A stretch of DNA of 61,302 bases, filler included, from Sphacelaria rigidula (Eukaryota), in the NCBI GenBank assembly GCA_964200075.2. It is 9 parts of 9 records of this genome, joined end to end, with 100 filler letters (N's around TTAATTAATTAA, not from the genome) between each part and the next. Parts side by side here need not be neighbours in the genome. Positions count along the whole stretch, not along the records: positions 34,115 to 40,836 come from CAXNAA020018413.1; positions 40,937 to 47,658 come from CAXNAA020018414.1; positions 47,759 to 54,480 come from CAXNAA020018415.1; 6 more parts are not named here. One strand, given 5' to 3'. The translations under genes were made by a program, and so were the position numbers. The first letter of the stretch is position 1. Each line of letters opens with the position of its first letter. Positions 35,442 to 49,997 of the stretch are shown in pieces. The notes under the pieces are model-generated. The model made no database searches and was not told the origin of the DNA. It saw nothing but the letters and a program-made list of their open reading frames with translations.

Positions 35442-38400
35442 AAAGCTCGGACCGCCCTCAAATTTGATACTTCGGTAGCTATTACTGTTCCGTTTTTCAA
35501 ATGTGTGGTTAAAACAGTTCTATAAAGTTTTTCCGCCCACTACCAGCTTTGGGGGGTCCAAGCGTTGAAACCGCCAGAAGTCTGGGACCCCCTGAAGCCG
35601 GTACAGCGTGACTCTAGATGAAAAGGAAATCGTGCGTCCCGGGGTGGTGCAGTGAACATTTGTACAAACTTTGACGTTGAATATACCCGAAAAGGACGTT
35701 TTCATGTTGAAATCAAGTAGTGAGGAGTTTGCACCGGGCACGGAAAACTTTATCGCACGAAGGTGCTGAACTTTACGCCGTTTTTGGAGTTTGACTCTAA
35801 AAAACTGTACACGTGTACTACAGGTCATCACAAAACTTATTATGAACGAGCTTTTTCTGCGTTTTCATTCATCAGTTTTCGGGGATACCACGGCGATACA
35901 GTACCCCCCGATAACCCCCGGACCCCCGGAAACCGGTGAAAATACCTCAAGACAAGGAAAATGTCGACCTTAAGATTTCTGATATTTTCGAAGTATACCA
36001 CAACCTGGACAAAACATTATCAGACTGTCACAAAATGTACTGCGTACAGTATGAACTTTACTGTTTATTGCAATAGACGCAACAGTCGATACTGTACGCA
36101 GTAGACGTTTTTGACGATGCCATTTACCGTCATTATCCAGGATGTGAATGATGTATACCCGAAAAATGGTCCTTCTCTTTATTCCAATTTTGAACTACAA
36201 TATACATATATATATATATATATATATACTGTACGTTGTTTTCTCGCCTTTTTTCATGGGAATGCATGCATGCCCTACATTTTGTTTGTCGATCACTCCA
36301 ACATTGCTAACTTCAGTGTTCGGGTAAATGCTCCTTGTTAACTGAAATACCCCTAACTTATGAGGCAGTAAAAACATGTTCTCCTTGTTGACTCAAAGAG
36401 TTTAACTCACGGGGCAGAGGAAGTAGATATAACACATTGTTGTCGGCACGTACATGACCCGAGATCCTGACGAACCTGTAGGTTTGAAGACTTGTGCGGC
36501 AAGGCCTCGCCAACTCCCCCCCCGACAGCCGCGCCACCTGCTGGAGCCGTGTCCTCGCTCTTGGTGGAAGGGGCGTGCGGAGTTGGCCGTGCCGATTGCA
36601 TACCGCCAACCTACATCCACGAGACACGGAATCAATCAAAAGGCAATACGTGTATTTTCATTTTGGTAATATTTTAGTTTGATTGCGTTAGTTCTTGGAA
36701 TTATTCTAGATTCTAAAACAAAATGATGGAGGACTCTTTGACGTGTGAGGAATAGCAGGGACGGTATTGGAGAGACGAGCCTACGTCTGTGTGACCGCGG
36801 GTTCGAGAGGTCGGACTATTATAATGTGCGGAAAAAATAAAATAAAAACGTGAATGCCCTTCCTACATGTGCAGTCTTGTCTCCGTATCGCCAGCTTTGA
36901 ATCATTATTTACTGTGGTGCTTCGAAACATTCACCAAAATAAATCAACCACAACTAAACGAGGATGTGTTGGGCACCCGGTATATTCTATACTCGGGTAT
37001 CAATCAAAAATCAATAAAACAACTCAACAACACCCAGATATTGGGTAGAGTAGTTCGACGAGATATGCACATAGAGACGAAAAATAGATCAAAATCCCGA
37101 CCCGGTAGAATTGACTGCATGCCGCCAACCTATACATGAAATACTGAAGAGTGTGTGTTGTTGTCCCATTTATTCTGGACGCTAGTCTACACCTTTCGGT
37201 ATACGTGGGCGCACCAGCCGGGGTCACACAGAAGGAAGGCCGAACACAGCACTCTAATCTTTTATTTATTTGTTTTAGGTACCCCATCTTCATTCTGCGG
37301 CGCTTGCCTTTATTTCTTATCGCGAGTGGGGTTCAGCATTCCCTTTCCATCGTCGACCGTTAAGTCGAATTTTGTCAAGGTAGTTACTCTGCAGTAAGCA
37401 TGACAAGTATGGTACAAGAGTATTTACCAGTACGATCACCCGCGGTGAGTGCACTGCATCTGTCCACCAATATATATATATATATATATATGTATTTCGT
37501 AGTACGGTAAAACGATGGGGTTGTCAGCTCGCATACCCGCACTACACCGGGATCCCGTACGAGAGCAATATAGTGCGATGACTTGACGCCACCTTGGGTG
37601 CGTTCTTTGGATCAACGCGCACCATGAACCGGACCTCTGTGTCAGCACTAGAGTTTTCCTCTCTGTCCATCAAAGGTAGCCGAAACGTTACGACTAGACT
37701 ATATAGTGCGTCTGCCGTCTCCACCGAAAAAGTGCGCGTTTTCTTTTCTGAGGGTACCTGGGGACATCGTTGACTCTCGCGTGGTATCCGTTTAGGTTTA
37801 CTTCGACTTTCCTCTGCTTTTACTTTGACGGTAGATTTAATTTGTTCGTTTCACCACACCCCGACGACCTCGGGAGGGGGCTTTTCCTCTTTTTTTTATC
37901 GTGAAGTGTCTCTCATGTTGTGTTATCTTCCAGTGAGCTTTGCTTTTCAGAGTCTCAAAAGAAACCCCCTCAATGAACGCTTCCATCTAATATAAGGAAC
38001 GGTAAGTGATGGTACTGGAAAGGCGAGCCCACGCCTGTGACTACGGGTTCGAAAGATCGGGCAAATGTGCGGAAACAAGAAAAAGAGGAAAGTCCAGGAA
38101 GATGACGATCTGAGGAACAGGTGAAACAAATTGTTTTTGCCGTGAGGTTGCTGAGACAGTGCTGGCAGGTGACCTGGCAATTCTGTTCATTGCAATGTGG
38201 AATCCAGACGGTAACTGAATGCTACCAGCATTTTCCTGCCTATTTCACGATATTTAAAGAAGGTTGTAATCAGACGTGCGCAGCAGCGGATGGGCAATTG
38301 GCGATAGTCGGAAGCTAGTTAACTTTGAATGCTGCACGAGCTAGGCCTTGACATTCTGCGGTATGATTTTATCATGTAATTCATGTATATATGACGCTTT

Positions 38401-39508
38401 CTACGATAGCCCGCCCCCCCCCTCCAAAACCAGCCCAAAAGTGTCACGAAGAAAATGGCCATACAGCGCCTGATGTTTAGGTTCAGGCTACATGTACGGC
38501 CTCATATTGGCGACATTGGCGAGAACGAACCCAAGCATGGGAATTCCCAGCTGCTCGTTGTTCTCGGTTTTTCCCATTTCGATTTACTCGAAGATTTCAC
38601 CCTCCCAAACGAGTCACTTTTATTGGGGGGGAGGGGGAGGGGGGGCTATCTTAAAAAGGGTCATATATATATATATATATGTATATATATATTAATCAGG
38701 GAATGTTAAAAATCTGAAAAATATCAAGATAATGTAAATACCTGAATCCTGGAATATCAGAATATTGACTAGTTCTTTACGTAATTGATTAATTCAATTG
38801 ATTTATTTAATTGACTGTCGTAAGTTGTTAACTGATCCCCGATGCACACAAGAGGGATTGGGGCGGTCAGAAGATGGGTGTGCTTGAGGTGAACAAAGGG
38901 GGAACGATTGCGGAAGGCGGAAAGAAAAACAAAGTGCAAAGAATAAAAGAAGTACGGAACAAAGTAAAGGAGTAAAACTGAACAGAAAACAACAAGACAG
39001 AGAACAAAGAACAAAATAAGACAAAACAAAACGGAACAAAACAGGAAAAGTAAAAAAGGAATGGACAAAACAATACCTACAATAGAAGCAATAACGACGG
39101 GAAAAAAATACTTTGGCACGTCAACTGATTCACAAGGGAAAAAAAAAGGTATTGAATACCCCCAGTCCCGAAATACACAAACGGAAAATCTCCGCACTCC
39201 TTCAACAAGCGCGTCCCAAAACGGGTGATTTCGATTCGTCATTATTTAATTCATATGTTTTTTCGTCATATTCCAAACCTTTTCCCTTTCTTGGGACAAG
39301 TCCGTACTCCAATCTTGAGAAATCAACTCAATCTCTCCCTCGGTACGGACCTGTCTGACACTGCTTTGGCGTATCGAGGATTTGATGATGACTATAGAAT
39401 CAGCACCTTCGAACCCTGTCGACTCTCGGCGAGTTTTTTTCTCCGCTTCATACATACTCGCGTCCTTACGCTTCCAACAGCGGAAACTGGATGCAGCTGG
39501 TTCAATAC

Positions 39509-39607
39509 AAAAAAAAGTACCTGTCAGGATTCGAACCCGCACAAACCTTCCCTTTTCACCTGCTACCGAGATACTTTTTTAATTTAGGCAACCGGGCCAC
39601 GGCGGCC
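39509..39607 (-). mobile_element. tRNA-derived SINE-like head / Pol III promoter
   Basis: Minus strand: A-box-like GTGGCCCGGTTGC, B-box GGTTCGAATCC, followed by a T8 run. No proper cloverleaf. Confidence 0.5.
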
Positions 39608-39878
39608 ACTGTACTGTACAGCAAACAATGAATGGAAAAAGGCATGATGTTCATGGTGTTCATTTCCCTCACCCTGGGGGTATACTCTTGCTGTCCCCTG
39701 CTCACGGGCTTGGATTCCGTAATGAAGTTCGACGCCGCTGACCTGAAGAAATAGAGAAATGCACGGAGAAACCGTCCAACGATATGAGGAACAAATGCTT
39801 CAGAAGAGTAAAAGAAAACACGAATGCGAAATATTGGGGAGTCCCACTACATTGCGGTTGGAAAAACAAAATGCACCT

Positions 39879-40136
39879 GAGTGATGCTGCGATAGGGTCA
39901 GCACTTTTACGGCCTGAGATTAGAATTGTGAGGAACCCTTTATCTCATCCAAAACACGACTTTTGAAATAGGTGAGAGTACGCCAGGGTTTTCTTTCCAA
40001 TTTGTCAGGGGTATCGCAAATGAATTTGCAAACGGGGATATCCTCACCCATATTCTTGAGTAGTTCCTAATTTTAGGAAACCCTGAATCAGGCCGGTTTT
40101 GGCCCCAAAAGTGCAGACCCTATCGCAGCATCACTC
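39879..40136. mobile_element. Sola2-like MITE
   Basis: 30-bp TIRs GAGTGATGCTGCGATAGGGTCAGCACTTTT / AAAAGTGCAGACCCTATCGCAGCATCACTC, GAG...CTC termini, and a perfect 4-bp TSD ACCT (39875-78, 40137-40). Confidence 0.8.
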
Positions 40137-41023
40137 ACCTCGAAACAACGTACAATCCGTTACCCCAGGAAGGTATGTTTTTCTGCGTACGGAATGGCGC
40201 TTTGACTCGGTCATTAATTGATTGATTGATTCATTCGTTCGTTCATTCGTTCATTCGTTCACTCATCCGTTCGTTTATTCATTCATTTTTTCATCCACTC
40301 ATCGATTGACCGATTCATCGATTGAATATTTTGTCGCACCCTGAGTCACCCGCTACGAATCCAGCCGTAGTGGTCATTGTATAGAAGCTTGGCGTATGAC
40401 GTATTACCCTTTGTTCCTTCATCCATGCATACATCCATTTATCCATTCATCAACTGATAGATAGATTGATCGGATGATTAAATATTTCGCGCACGTTGGG
40501 TCATCCGCTACGAATCCACCCGTGGTGGTCATTAGAGAGAAGATTGACGTAAACGACGTGTACCCCACGTGAATGAAACGAAAGCCCTAGCTGAGAATAA
40601 ACCCGAAAGAAGGCGTGGGGACGGGAGAAAAAATAAGGAGTGAGTAAAACGGGAGCACTCGCTGGAGGCAACTCGAAAGAACGTACAAAGGCTGCAAAAG
40701 AAAAAAGAAGCACACGGAGCGATCTGGCATAGACGCCGGGATAAGAACTGGTGTACGCCATCATGCAGTTTCACCTTTTCCATCCGCAACCATGTTGCAG
40801 AGGCCGGCCACTTCTGGGGGGGGGGGGTGTACTCATNNNNNNNNNNNNNNNNNNNNNNNNNNNNNNNNNNNNNNNNNNNNTTAATTAATTAANNNNNNNN
40901 NNNNNNNNNNNNNNNNNNNNNNNNNNNNNNNNNNNNTCTAGCAATTTCGAGTTCTATCGAAGAGTAATACGCGAGGAAAGCCCCACAACCCCGATGAATA
41001 GTTAGACCACCCACAACTGTAGG

Positions 41024-42410
41024 GTGAACGACATACAGCGGAGGTTTGGAGAGAAAGCAGCAAAATTACACATGTATAAACGGCAAGGAGAAATGGTGTT
41101 AGTGGGAGATTTTAATGCAAGGGTAGGAGGAGCAGGTCAACCGGATGATATCATCGGTCAACGCGGGGGAGAGAAGAACACGAATGGAGTAGAAATGCTC
41201 GAGTTTCTTGAGAATAACGAAATGAAGAAGCTGGACGATAGGGCACCAACACCAGAGGCGCAATGGACATGGATGAGGAAATGCGAAGACGATAGAGATC
41301 GCTCCGTTCTCGACTATATAGTGGTGAGGCGTGGAAATAGTAAGGGAATGAAACTACATGCATGATCCATGACCCCAATCGAGATTAATGGTTACCAGTA
41401 GTAAGTCATGTCGATTTTGTAGAGGCGACTGAAGCGTCAAGTATTCTGGTACAAATTCGTTGTGGGGAGATGCTTCATGTTGTGACAATATTAACGAAAA
41501 CGGGGCAATGACGAACCAAAAAAGAGAGCGTGGGAACTACACATCATCACCTCATATGGATAGAAAGCCAGCAGGCGAGCTAAAAGAAATAGGCGGGGTA
41601 AGCAGTTCTACAAATGGAAAACAAATATACTAGAAATGAAAGAAAAACAGCAAGAGTTCCAAGAAGAGATGGCCAAAATGCAGTGAAATTTTTCGACCTG
41701 TTGGAAAGCGTAGGTACAGTCGATACCGAAATGGAGGGAAACCGGGCAAGAGCGAATATCGTAGAAGAGTGGGAGCAATTGGTCAAGAACACAGCGAGTA
41801 AAGTAATGGGGGAACAAACTGATCGTATGCAACAGAGCAGTAAAATGGTGGGATGAGGAAGTAAGAGAGGCTTTAAGAGCAAGACGAGAAGCCCACGCAA
41901 GATACATATCGAGTAAAACTATGGTAGGATGGAAGGAGTGTACTAAAGCTCGAACGGGAGTAAAAATCATGGTAGAGAAGAAAAAGAAAGGAGTATGGGA
42001 ACACGTAGTGTAGAAAACTAATGAATATTTCGATTGCGGGATGAAACAAATGTGAGTAGGGATAACAGGGACAATGGGAAACTAGGCAGGAAAGATGGAC
42101 AAGGGGATAGCCACACTACGGGCAGAGAGCCGTAAAATGATGAGTGGTTACAGGGGGGGGGAGAGAACTGCAAGTCGAGCACTACCGTATAAACGAATAA
42201 GAAGTTCGACACGGCGTTCGAATAAGAAATCAACGCGTGGGCAGAGGCCAAAATAGAGACGTCAAAACGGGAGGATAGTGGCTCCAAAACATTGCAGAGA
42301 GAGTTTACCACATATAAAGTAAAGGGTGTGTAGCTAAGCTCAAGAACAGAAAAGGCAGCAGGGGCAGACGAAATGGTGAGCTTTCTGAAGTGCGGTAGAG
42401 ACGGAATGAA
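41024..42410 (+). mobile_element. Decayed LINE (APE endonuclease to start of RT region)
   Basis: VLVGDFNARVG, NTNGVEMLEFL, QWTW, SVLDYIVV, then KWWDEEVREALRARREAH and KAAGADEMVSFLK. Multiple stops and frameshifts, with an apparent interruption around 41365-41520. Confidence 0.88.
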
Positions 42411-45400
42411 TTCAAAATATTCTACTTGTCTCAGACGACCGGACACACTCGCGGTGCGCTTATATTTGGGTAAAAGTGGTGTCGAGCAGTATAACAAATG
42501 AGTGCTCTTTATCGGTAACAAGCGCCTTCGAACAACTGTTACTGCTTTCAACGACTGCTTGGAGTGGAATTTCGTGCAAGAAATGCCTCGAATCCCACCC
42601 TGCCCATATCGAAAACAACGCCGCCTTTGCCTGGCCCACCGCCGGTGAATCGTCCCAGTCTGACCGGAAATGTAATGACAGTTTGGATAATCGGGAATGT
42701 AAGTACGGTTTGGACATATAGGTGTCAGTGACGCCCCAGCTCTGCTAGACGCGTGAAATTGTGTACACATAGTGTCATGTGGGGGGGGAGGGGGAAAAAT
42801 GTGTCAGGGTGACCAGGGGACACCAAGAAAACATCCTCGGATTTCCACTGGAAACAGTGAAAAGTTGTCTGTTCTGGTACGTTCAGTCGTGACTTGAAGA
42901 TGACGTTACATCTTTTTTTTCCAGGAGCATGAAAAAGCATACACATGTGGTCGGAAAAGGGGGAGACGCAAGAAAATATTCCCCGGAGGGACTAGGGGAT
43001 GACCGAATATCATCCCCGGGTTTCCAATATAGCAAGCTCCGGTACAGGGGGAAAGTCTTTGTTCAGCAGAACACCGTTGTTGCTGCCTGTGAGAAGCTCA
43101 TGTATCACAGCACTTCGCTCATCCTCGTTGAGATTCTTTCTCTTTGGCGTCTCGGCAGCACTTGCAGTGCTAGACATATCCCTTTACACTGTGGGAAGGT
43201 CTCCTTTCACCACCTTGCAAGCAGCGAGCTCTGTGTACTGCTGCTTGCCACTGGTGTGTGTGCGGGGCTGTGATTTATTTTCAAAGTGCGCACGCAAACG
43301 TGCGCACGCGATTGCAGGGTGTTGAAAAAAACGGCTCGGAAAACTTCGACCCACAGCCGAAGTTATGCCGCAATATGTCCAAACTGTCATCAAACTTCCG
43401 GTCAGACTGGTAGTGACTTACGTGGTTCCAATAATAGTTCTCGCGATTGCATTTGCGCGGTCGTACAAGAGACGAATAAATACATGGCCCAATCAAGGAC
43501 CTTCTACACGCAAGGTAAAAATTCTTGACGGAAGCTGCCAGGGATTATTTTTCGTCAAGTTATGATACCTGTTTTCCTCGAAGAATTCCAGGTCAAATGT
43601 AACATTCTACATGCCATTTATCTGTTATCCACTCGTTAACTTCTGTCACTTTGCGCGTATCGATGACATGAATCTCCTGTCACAAGGTAGTAAGCTCAGA
43701 ACTCCTTGAACTAAGCTATATAATATATCTCCTGACAGATTCTGTGACTAGGGACTAAAGTAGCACACCCCAATCTACCCGTTTCTTTCATACTGAGGGC
43801 ACACTAGTACTCCCCGGTCTGTTAAACTGCGGAGGACAACACCCCTCAGGACGTTTGCGACTACGGAATACAGAACCTCCTTGATCGACAATATCATCTC
43901 CGGAACCCTTGTCCACCAAAACCTACCTGTGATTTTTCACGCCGAGGATAACACTATGTCAGGGATTAATGATCATGTGGGATGAGACTCCCAGGAAACT
44001 TTGCGGCTACAGACGAAGGGAGACTCCAACGGAATGTGTGACTACGGGAAACGGCACTCTCTCCCTAATTCACCACTGTTTCTATACTGACTAGGAACAG
44101 ACTAACCTACCTAGGGCTGTCTCGATCACACGGGATAACACCCCCAGAGAATGCAAATATATGGGATTTTGAACTCGTTATTCAGAGCCGCCATCGAGTA
44201 ATTTGGTCGACGGGTTTGTCGGAATCGAATCACGACAATTTGTCGGCCCTTAGGACTGCCACTTTATTTGGGTACAGAGCTACTGGGCGGGCTCACAAAT
44301 GGGTTCCCATCTACAAGCTCCTCAAAGAACGTAAATTCGTTCGTCGTCATAAGATGAACGTACTCCACGTGAAGGAACTTGACAAGGAGAGTGTAGAGGT
44401 CGCACCGAGCTGTACGGCGGAAGGGGGATTCTCTGTTTTCGTGGTACTCCATCTCCCTCTTCTCAATCGGGTACGAAGGGGGGTATTCCTACGAGTAACG
44501 CCACGAAGTTGTGTTACTTATCCCATAGTATTGTGAGCGTTGAGCCAATTAGTTGGGCTTCCGATAAACTCACCTCCGACTTCCGCTGAATTTTTAGTCG
44601 TACTTTTTTGCAGAGTATAGCACATGTCGACGTTTAAAACAGTGAATGAGTGGAGGCATAAAATCCGGGCCCGCATCGTGAAGCACACTAGGAAATTCCG
44701 CCGGCTAAAATATCGGTCGAATTCCACTCGTCAGAAGTGTCGTCAGACATATGAACTCGAGCATGTCGCGCATGGGTTGGAAGACACACCTCTCTCGCGC
44801 CCCCCGAGAAGGAAACAACATCGCGTAATGGTGATGCACCGGTGGAGGAAAATGATGGGACGCCGCGGCAACGCGCCAAATCCCAGGCGCTTACGGAGGT
44901 ACTACCGAAGGATATTTTCGTAATCGGTGGCTTGCTGCCGAAGGTGGATGTAGGGGCCGCGGGATATTTTAAAATTTGACGCTGCTCATTTGCCGGGTTT
45001 ACTGGTTGCCGGGCTGACATTGCCGCCGTCGATATATCCCCGCAAACTTGCTACTGATTTCTGCTGCGAGCCCCAGATTGCGTCTTCTCTTCCTTCTATT
45101 TTCTTGTAACGCATGAGTAGTAGAGGGGTATACGATCTATACAGACGTATTCGTCAACCAATCGGGTCCGACCGCGATTGATGCGCAGATTTCGTGTCGA
45201 ATCCAGTGTAGCTGCGAAAAGTAAATATGCGAGTAAAAGCCTATTTGAAGGACCTTGAAAGTGCTACCCGCTACGCAGCAGAGCTACTAGAGAAATATAT
45301 TTCGTGCCTATGTGCCCCAGGCACGTGTTGCGACAACCCTTCTATGAAACCCACGTTTCCGGAAGGCTTTCAACGCGTCAGAAACGAAGAAAAAGCGACG

Positions 45401-46069
45401 TGAAAATGGTGTATCGAGTCATGACACGGTAGGGTCGCACAAAAGATTTATCAGGTTTGAATTGTTGGGAGCCCCTTTGTCTCATCCTAAAAATAACGTG
45501 GGAAATACGTGAGAGCGCGCCACGATTAGCATGGGCTGGACGTATCTCGACTGGATTTTGAAACGGGAACGTCCTGACTCCGTATTATCGTATAGGTCCT
45601 AACTTTAGGAGCCCCTCGATGAGAAATATCTGGGTGCAGAAGTGTAACCCCTACCGTGGTATGACTTTGATCACCCACAAAAGATTCTGTCCCCAGGGCC
45701 CTCCGGGGAGGTCGTTGCCGCCTTCAGCAGAAAACAAGATTTACCCCTCTTTCCCCACCCACGATGGGATGCTGCCAAGGGAACCCATAGTTTGAAAAAT
45801 AATATTCCCGAGGCTCCAAATGCTGCCATTCGGTGCTTTCGGGGAGGGGTAAGGAGGCCGGTTCAGGGGAGGGAAACAGACACGTCAGCTTCTCGCACAA
45901 ACTTCAGGGTGACTTCACGAACTCCGCCCTGACGACACCAATTTGAAACTTGACTTGTTTCACTACTCTCACGCCGACTCCTTATTCTTCAAAGGAAGAT
46001 ATCCAGCAATACGGTGAATATCGTGCGCCTACTTGCGCTCCCCAAGTTCGTGGCGTTGTTCTCCAGCAT

Positions 46070-46154
46070 CCAGCGCCCCGGTGGTGTAATGGTCCGACTG
46101 TCGTCATTAGGGTGGAGAGATAGGGGGTTCGATCCCCGATGCGTTGGGTTTTTT
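46070..46154 (+). mobile_element. tRNA-derived SINE head or tRNA pseudogene
   Basis: A-box GGTGGTGTAATGGT, T-arm GGGGGTTCGATCCCC, acceptor-like pairing CCAGCGC/GCGTTGG, then TTTTTT. The anticodon arm does not pair. Confidence 0.6.
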
Positions 46155-48242
46155 CTTCGTAATGTATGATTTCCACCGTGGAAAGCGTGTCAACGTGAGT
46201 AAACAAAAGTAGTCGACTGGGTTGGTGTGGCATGAGTTGACGCGGTGCGGGAGCGCTGACCCAATCCGCGAGATCAATGGTCTCATGACTATGGCATGCA
46301 TGATCATGAGTATACCCCCCCTCCCAACAGTAACAATCTCCCACCTGCCAAAAGCTCATGCAGATGAGTAAACTGCAGCCTGCGAGGCATGTATACCATG
46401 CAAAGAAACGCGAAACCCACCAGGACATGCACAATCGAGTTACCAATGCTTACCATGCCATTATCGATTTGTTTTTACAAGAAGAAGATCTTCCTCCGGG
46501 GGGAAGGGAGGGTGGGGGGTGGGAAACTTCGAAATACGATATTTTTTTTCATGAACATTGTCGTGACTGCACCAAACCCTCCCTCACGAGACTTGCTATT
46601 CGAACCCTGCTCCATGTCACTGGTGTCGTATTTAACCCTTATCCTGCAAGGGGGGGAGTAAATTGAAAAGGGTCGAACCTGCGGAGCCTCCTGATACATG
46701 AATATATACTAGTGCATATTGAACGCTGTTCAGGAAACAGCCAAAATCAATGTTTGAGGCTGACACAGCCAATCTTGACACAGGCTGCTGACCTCATATT
46801 ATCCCCAACCCAATGAAGTGGTCATTACACCATTTTTGACTCCCTCCGCCAATGACGTGTACTGTACGTATTTTGTGTGCAATCATAGGTTCCGGCTGGT
46901 CTCTACACATTGCTGTACATATTAACGTCTCGCCTATGCAGTATTGCAAGTCAACGCCTGGATCATACAGTAATACAAGGTAACCTCCGAGCATCGTCTC
47001 ATCAGCCGCGTGTCTACGTCTTGGATGTTCACCTATGTAGTCTCCTCTGCGGGCCAAAACACGTTGTCGTGGACAAAAGCGCAGTGACGATACGCACTAT
47101 AATGCACACACAGTGACACAGCATCGTACCGTGAAGGCGTTGCCTCGTTGTGCGGCAGTGTCTCAGGCAAGAAAAAAACGCGCCCAAAACGTTCCCTTCG
47201 ACCGTGATCAAAACGCCGAATGACATCAGATACTGGCTTGATGATGTGGACTACTACTGGAAACATTTATCCCACAAAGCAAGGCATTTAGGGGCGACCT
47301 CATCCGCGTGGCCATCTTTTCACGCGAAAAACTACTGGCGACGGGTTGAAACAGGCGCTTTTGGTAAAAAAAAAAACTCCGTCACATGAGAAGTCGAATA
47401 AAAGGAGAAAGTAAAAAGCCTGCGCGAAGCGTACACGCCTTCGAGGAGGACTCCGACCTCTCAAACGTGTACGCTTCAGAGCTAGTCTTACGAGCACTAC
47501 TGCACTACCACATCGTCCTCATCGCTGGTGTTTCTTGAGCATCGTTCTTGCTTTCAAGGTACTAATAGTGCCACTCCGTGAGTCGTCGGGCTGAAAGCAC
47601 CGTTGGGGGGGGGGGGGGGGGGGTACTCGTTTTTTGCTTGCCTTAGTCGTGTGACCATNNNNNNNNNNNNNNNNNNNNNNNNNNNNNNNNNNNNNNNNNN
47701 NNTTAATTAATTAANNNNNNNNNNNNNNNNNNNNNNNNNNNNNNNNNNNNNNNNNNNNGGATGAGATATGGGGCTCCTAACGATTCTAACCTCAGAAATT
47801 ATTTATGTACCCCTACCGTAGCATCACTCTCCACGTGTTCAAGCAACGTAAGAGCCAAACGTCAACAGTAAAAGCGTTGACCTGGTTGCTCATGAGAGCT
47901 CAACTTCAGAGGTGAGAGCGTCGAATACGCTGGCAATTTCAACCACTCAGTGGGCGCTTTTACCGCTCAAGTTGGGCTCTAATTGCGCCTGAAACACTTT
48001 GATGTATGTTCTGGCACGGCGGGTCGGGTTTCAGCTTCTCGCATCCAATCTTGCATTTCGTGATGTCTTGCCTCCACGATTGAATATTGTTGTAAATATT
48101 CTCCATGCTAGTTGGTTCCAGAGCCTCGACCTATTCGGAGGTCCACATTTCGCTTCGAATCGATCATGCCGGGAACCGAACCTGATATCGCTTGTTCAAG
48201 AGGCGGGCATTATACCTTTGGACTAGCGAGCTCTCTCTCCTT

Positions 48243-48293
48243 TAAGGGCCACGTGTCGGCTCCGAAATTAAGGGCCACGTGTCGGCTCCGAAA
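48243..48293. repeat. Perfect 25-bp direct duplication
   Basis: TAAGGGCCACGTGTCGGCTCCGAAA twice, 26 nt apart. Confidence 0.9.
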
Positions 48294-49997
48294 CGTTCTA
48301 CGATAGCCCCCCCCCCAAAGCGTGGCTGGAGTTGGGAGGCAAACTCACACGTGAATCGAAACAAAAATAGCCGTGCACAAGGAGCAGCGGGGGATTCCCA
48401 CGCGTGGGTCCGGTTTCGCTAATATCGCCCGTTGCTTGCGCTTTATGCAGCCTGAAACCAAACAGCAGGCGCCCTGCGACCATTTTCGTCGTGACAGGTT
48501 TTCGTCTTTTTTTTGTCTTCGTTTGGGGAGGGGCGGTATCGTAAAAGAACTCCTTTTTGAACAGGAAGTGCCAGAAACACGCGAAGCATAGGGAACGGTA
48601 ATCCCAACATCGAGTGACGAGCCCCCTGCAACGTGTTGCCACGATGCCGTTTGCTGGAGGAGTTTTGTGGATACAGGTGAGAGATGTCACGGTAGTTGCA
48701 CATTGGGGCCCAAATTTTTCCATCGAGGGGCTCCTGAAGTTAGAGGCTGTACAAGGCGATGGGCCAGAACAATGCCGTTGCGAATCCCATGCGGGGAAGA
48801 CCTGGCCGTAGCCGATTGGAATGCTTCTCGTGGCGTGCTGTCACATATTTCACAGGTTATTTTTCGAACGAGAGAAACAGCTTCTCGCAATTCAAACTTG
48901 AGAAAAATATTGTGCAAAGCAACCATGGCATACTTCAGGTGCACGGAGTTTCTTGACACATATAGCTTGAGCGTAACCAGGGCACCGAATGCACTACACG
49001 CCAGCTAATACTCTAAACACTTTCTGCATCCCTGTGCAGCTAATGGATACACCAGTAGTCCAAGAGGCAACCCTGGGTACTCCGAGTACCGACCAGATGA
49101 CTACGCTGAAAGCACACCGTCCGTGTTTACAGTGAATTGATTCGGAGTTTTCTTCAGTAGCCTCAGAACTCACCCTTCGAGGACTTCGTCTCAGACGACA
49201 CGGAGTCTCCGCTGTGCTGTCCACACACCTGATTCGGTGTTTTGACGAGCAGACGAGTGAACAAGACGAGGGGGAGAACGACTAGAATTATTGGCAATTG
49301 AAGATATTGTGCATCCACGTTTTGTGTACTGTCGCTCATTCCATCGCTTCCCGGGCTGTAACACCCGTGTCGTGCAGACAGCGGAGCTTGATCATGGTTA
49401 CCATCTCCACGAACAGCACGTGGGTGCACACCTCATCTTGGAGCAAGCCGTGCCATTGTATTGTGCATATGGCGTGAGAAACCCGGTTGTGATCATATCT
49501 CTCTCAACAACCACACCTCAGCTGCTGTCCTGTTCGGAGCCGTTTGAATAGCATTGAACGAGGCCGAGCGACTGTCCAGGTTGAGGTCATCGAGATGGCT
49601 TGGCACTACCGTTTGAGCATCTGGCGCGAGTGCCATTTCAGCAGCTGCAGGTTACGTGGATACGACGTGTACAAGGAGACACGCGTCGAAAGCCAAAGTG
49701 TGAGAACGGTGTTATCCAACATAATATGTGTGGATGGCGCGTGCAATAGTTTACTCGCTTCGCGCGAAGATGATGAACGCGGTTCGAGCTCGAGAGCATT
49801 CCTAGAAGCAGCTAAAACGAGCTTAACAATGGATGAGGGGTATCCATGAAGTGGTCCGAAACCAAAATGCCCGAGGGACGGGTCGAGCGCGAAAAGCGTT
49901 TGATGGCGGGCCAACTCGAGTAGATTCCACAACAGAAGAAAACGAGACCTTATCGCAGACACCATTCGAGGGTCTGGCGGCAAAAGGGGTGGGGGGG

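Noticed and set aside
36455..36512. Hammerhead ribozyme (CTGACGA-ACC-TGTA-GGT...)
   Set aside because: It lacks the GAAA core and a closing stem I/NUH. A similar partial motif at ~4895-4932 (minus) lacks CTGANGA.
42018..42770. 250-aa minus-strand ORF
   Set aside because: It is largely antisense to the decayed LINE and has no recognisable motif.
46070..46154. Functional tRNA gene
   Set aside because: A and B boxes are present, but the anticodon stem does not pair and the spacing is non-canonical.
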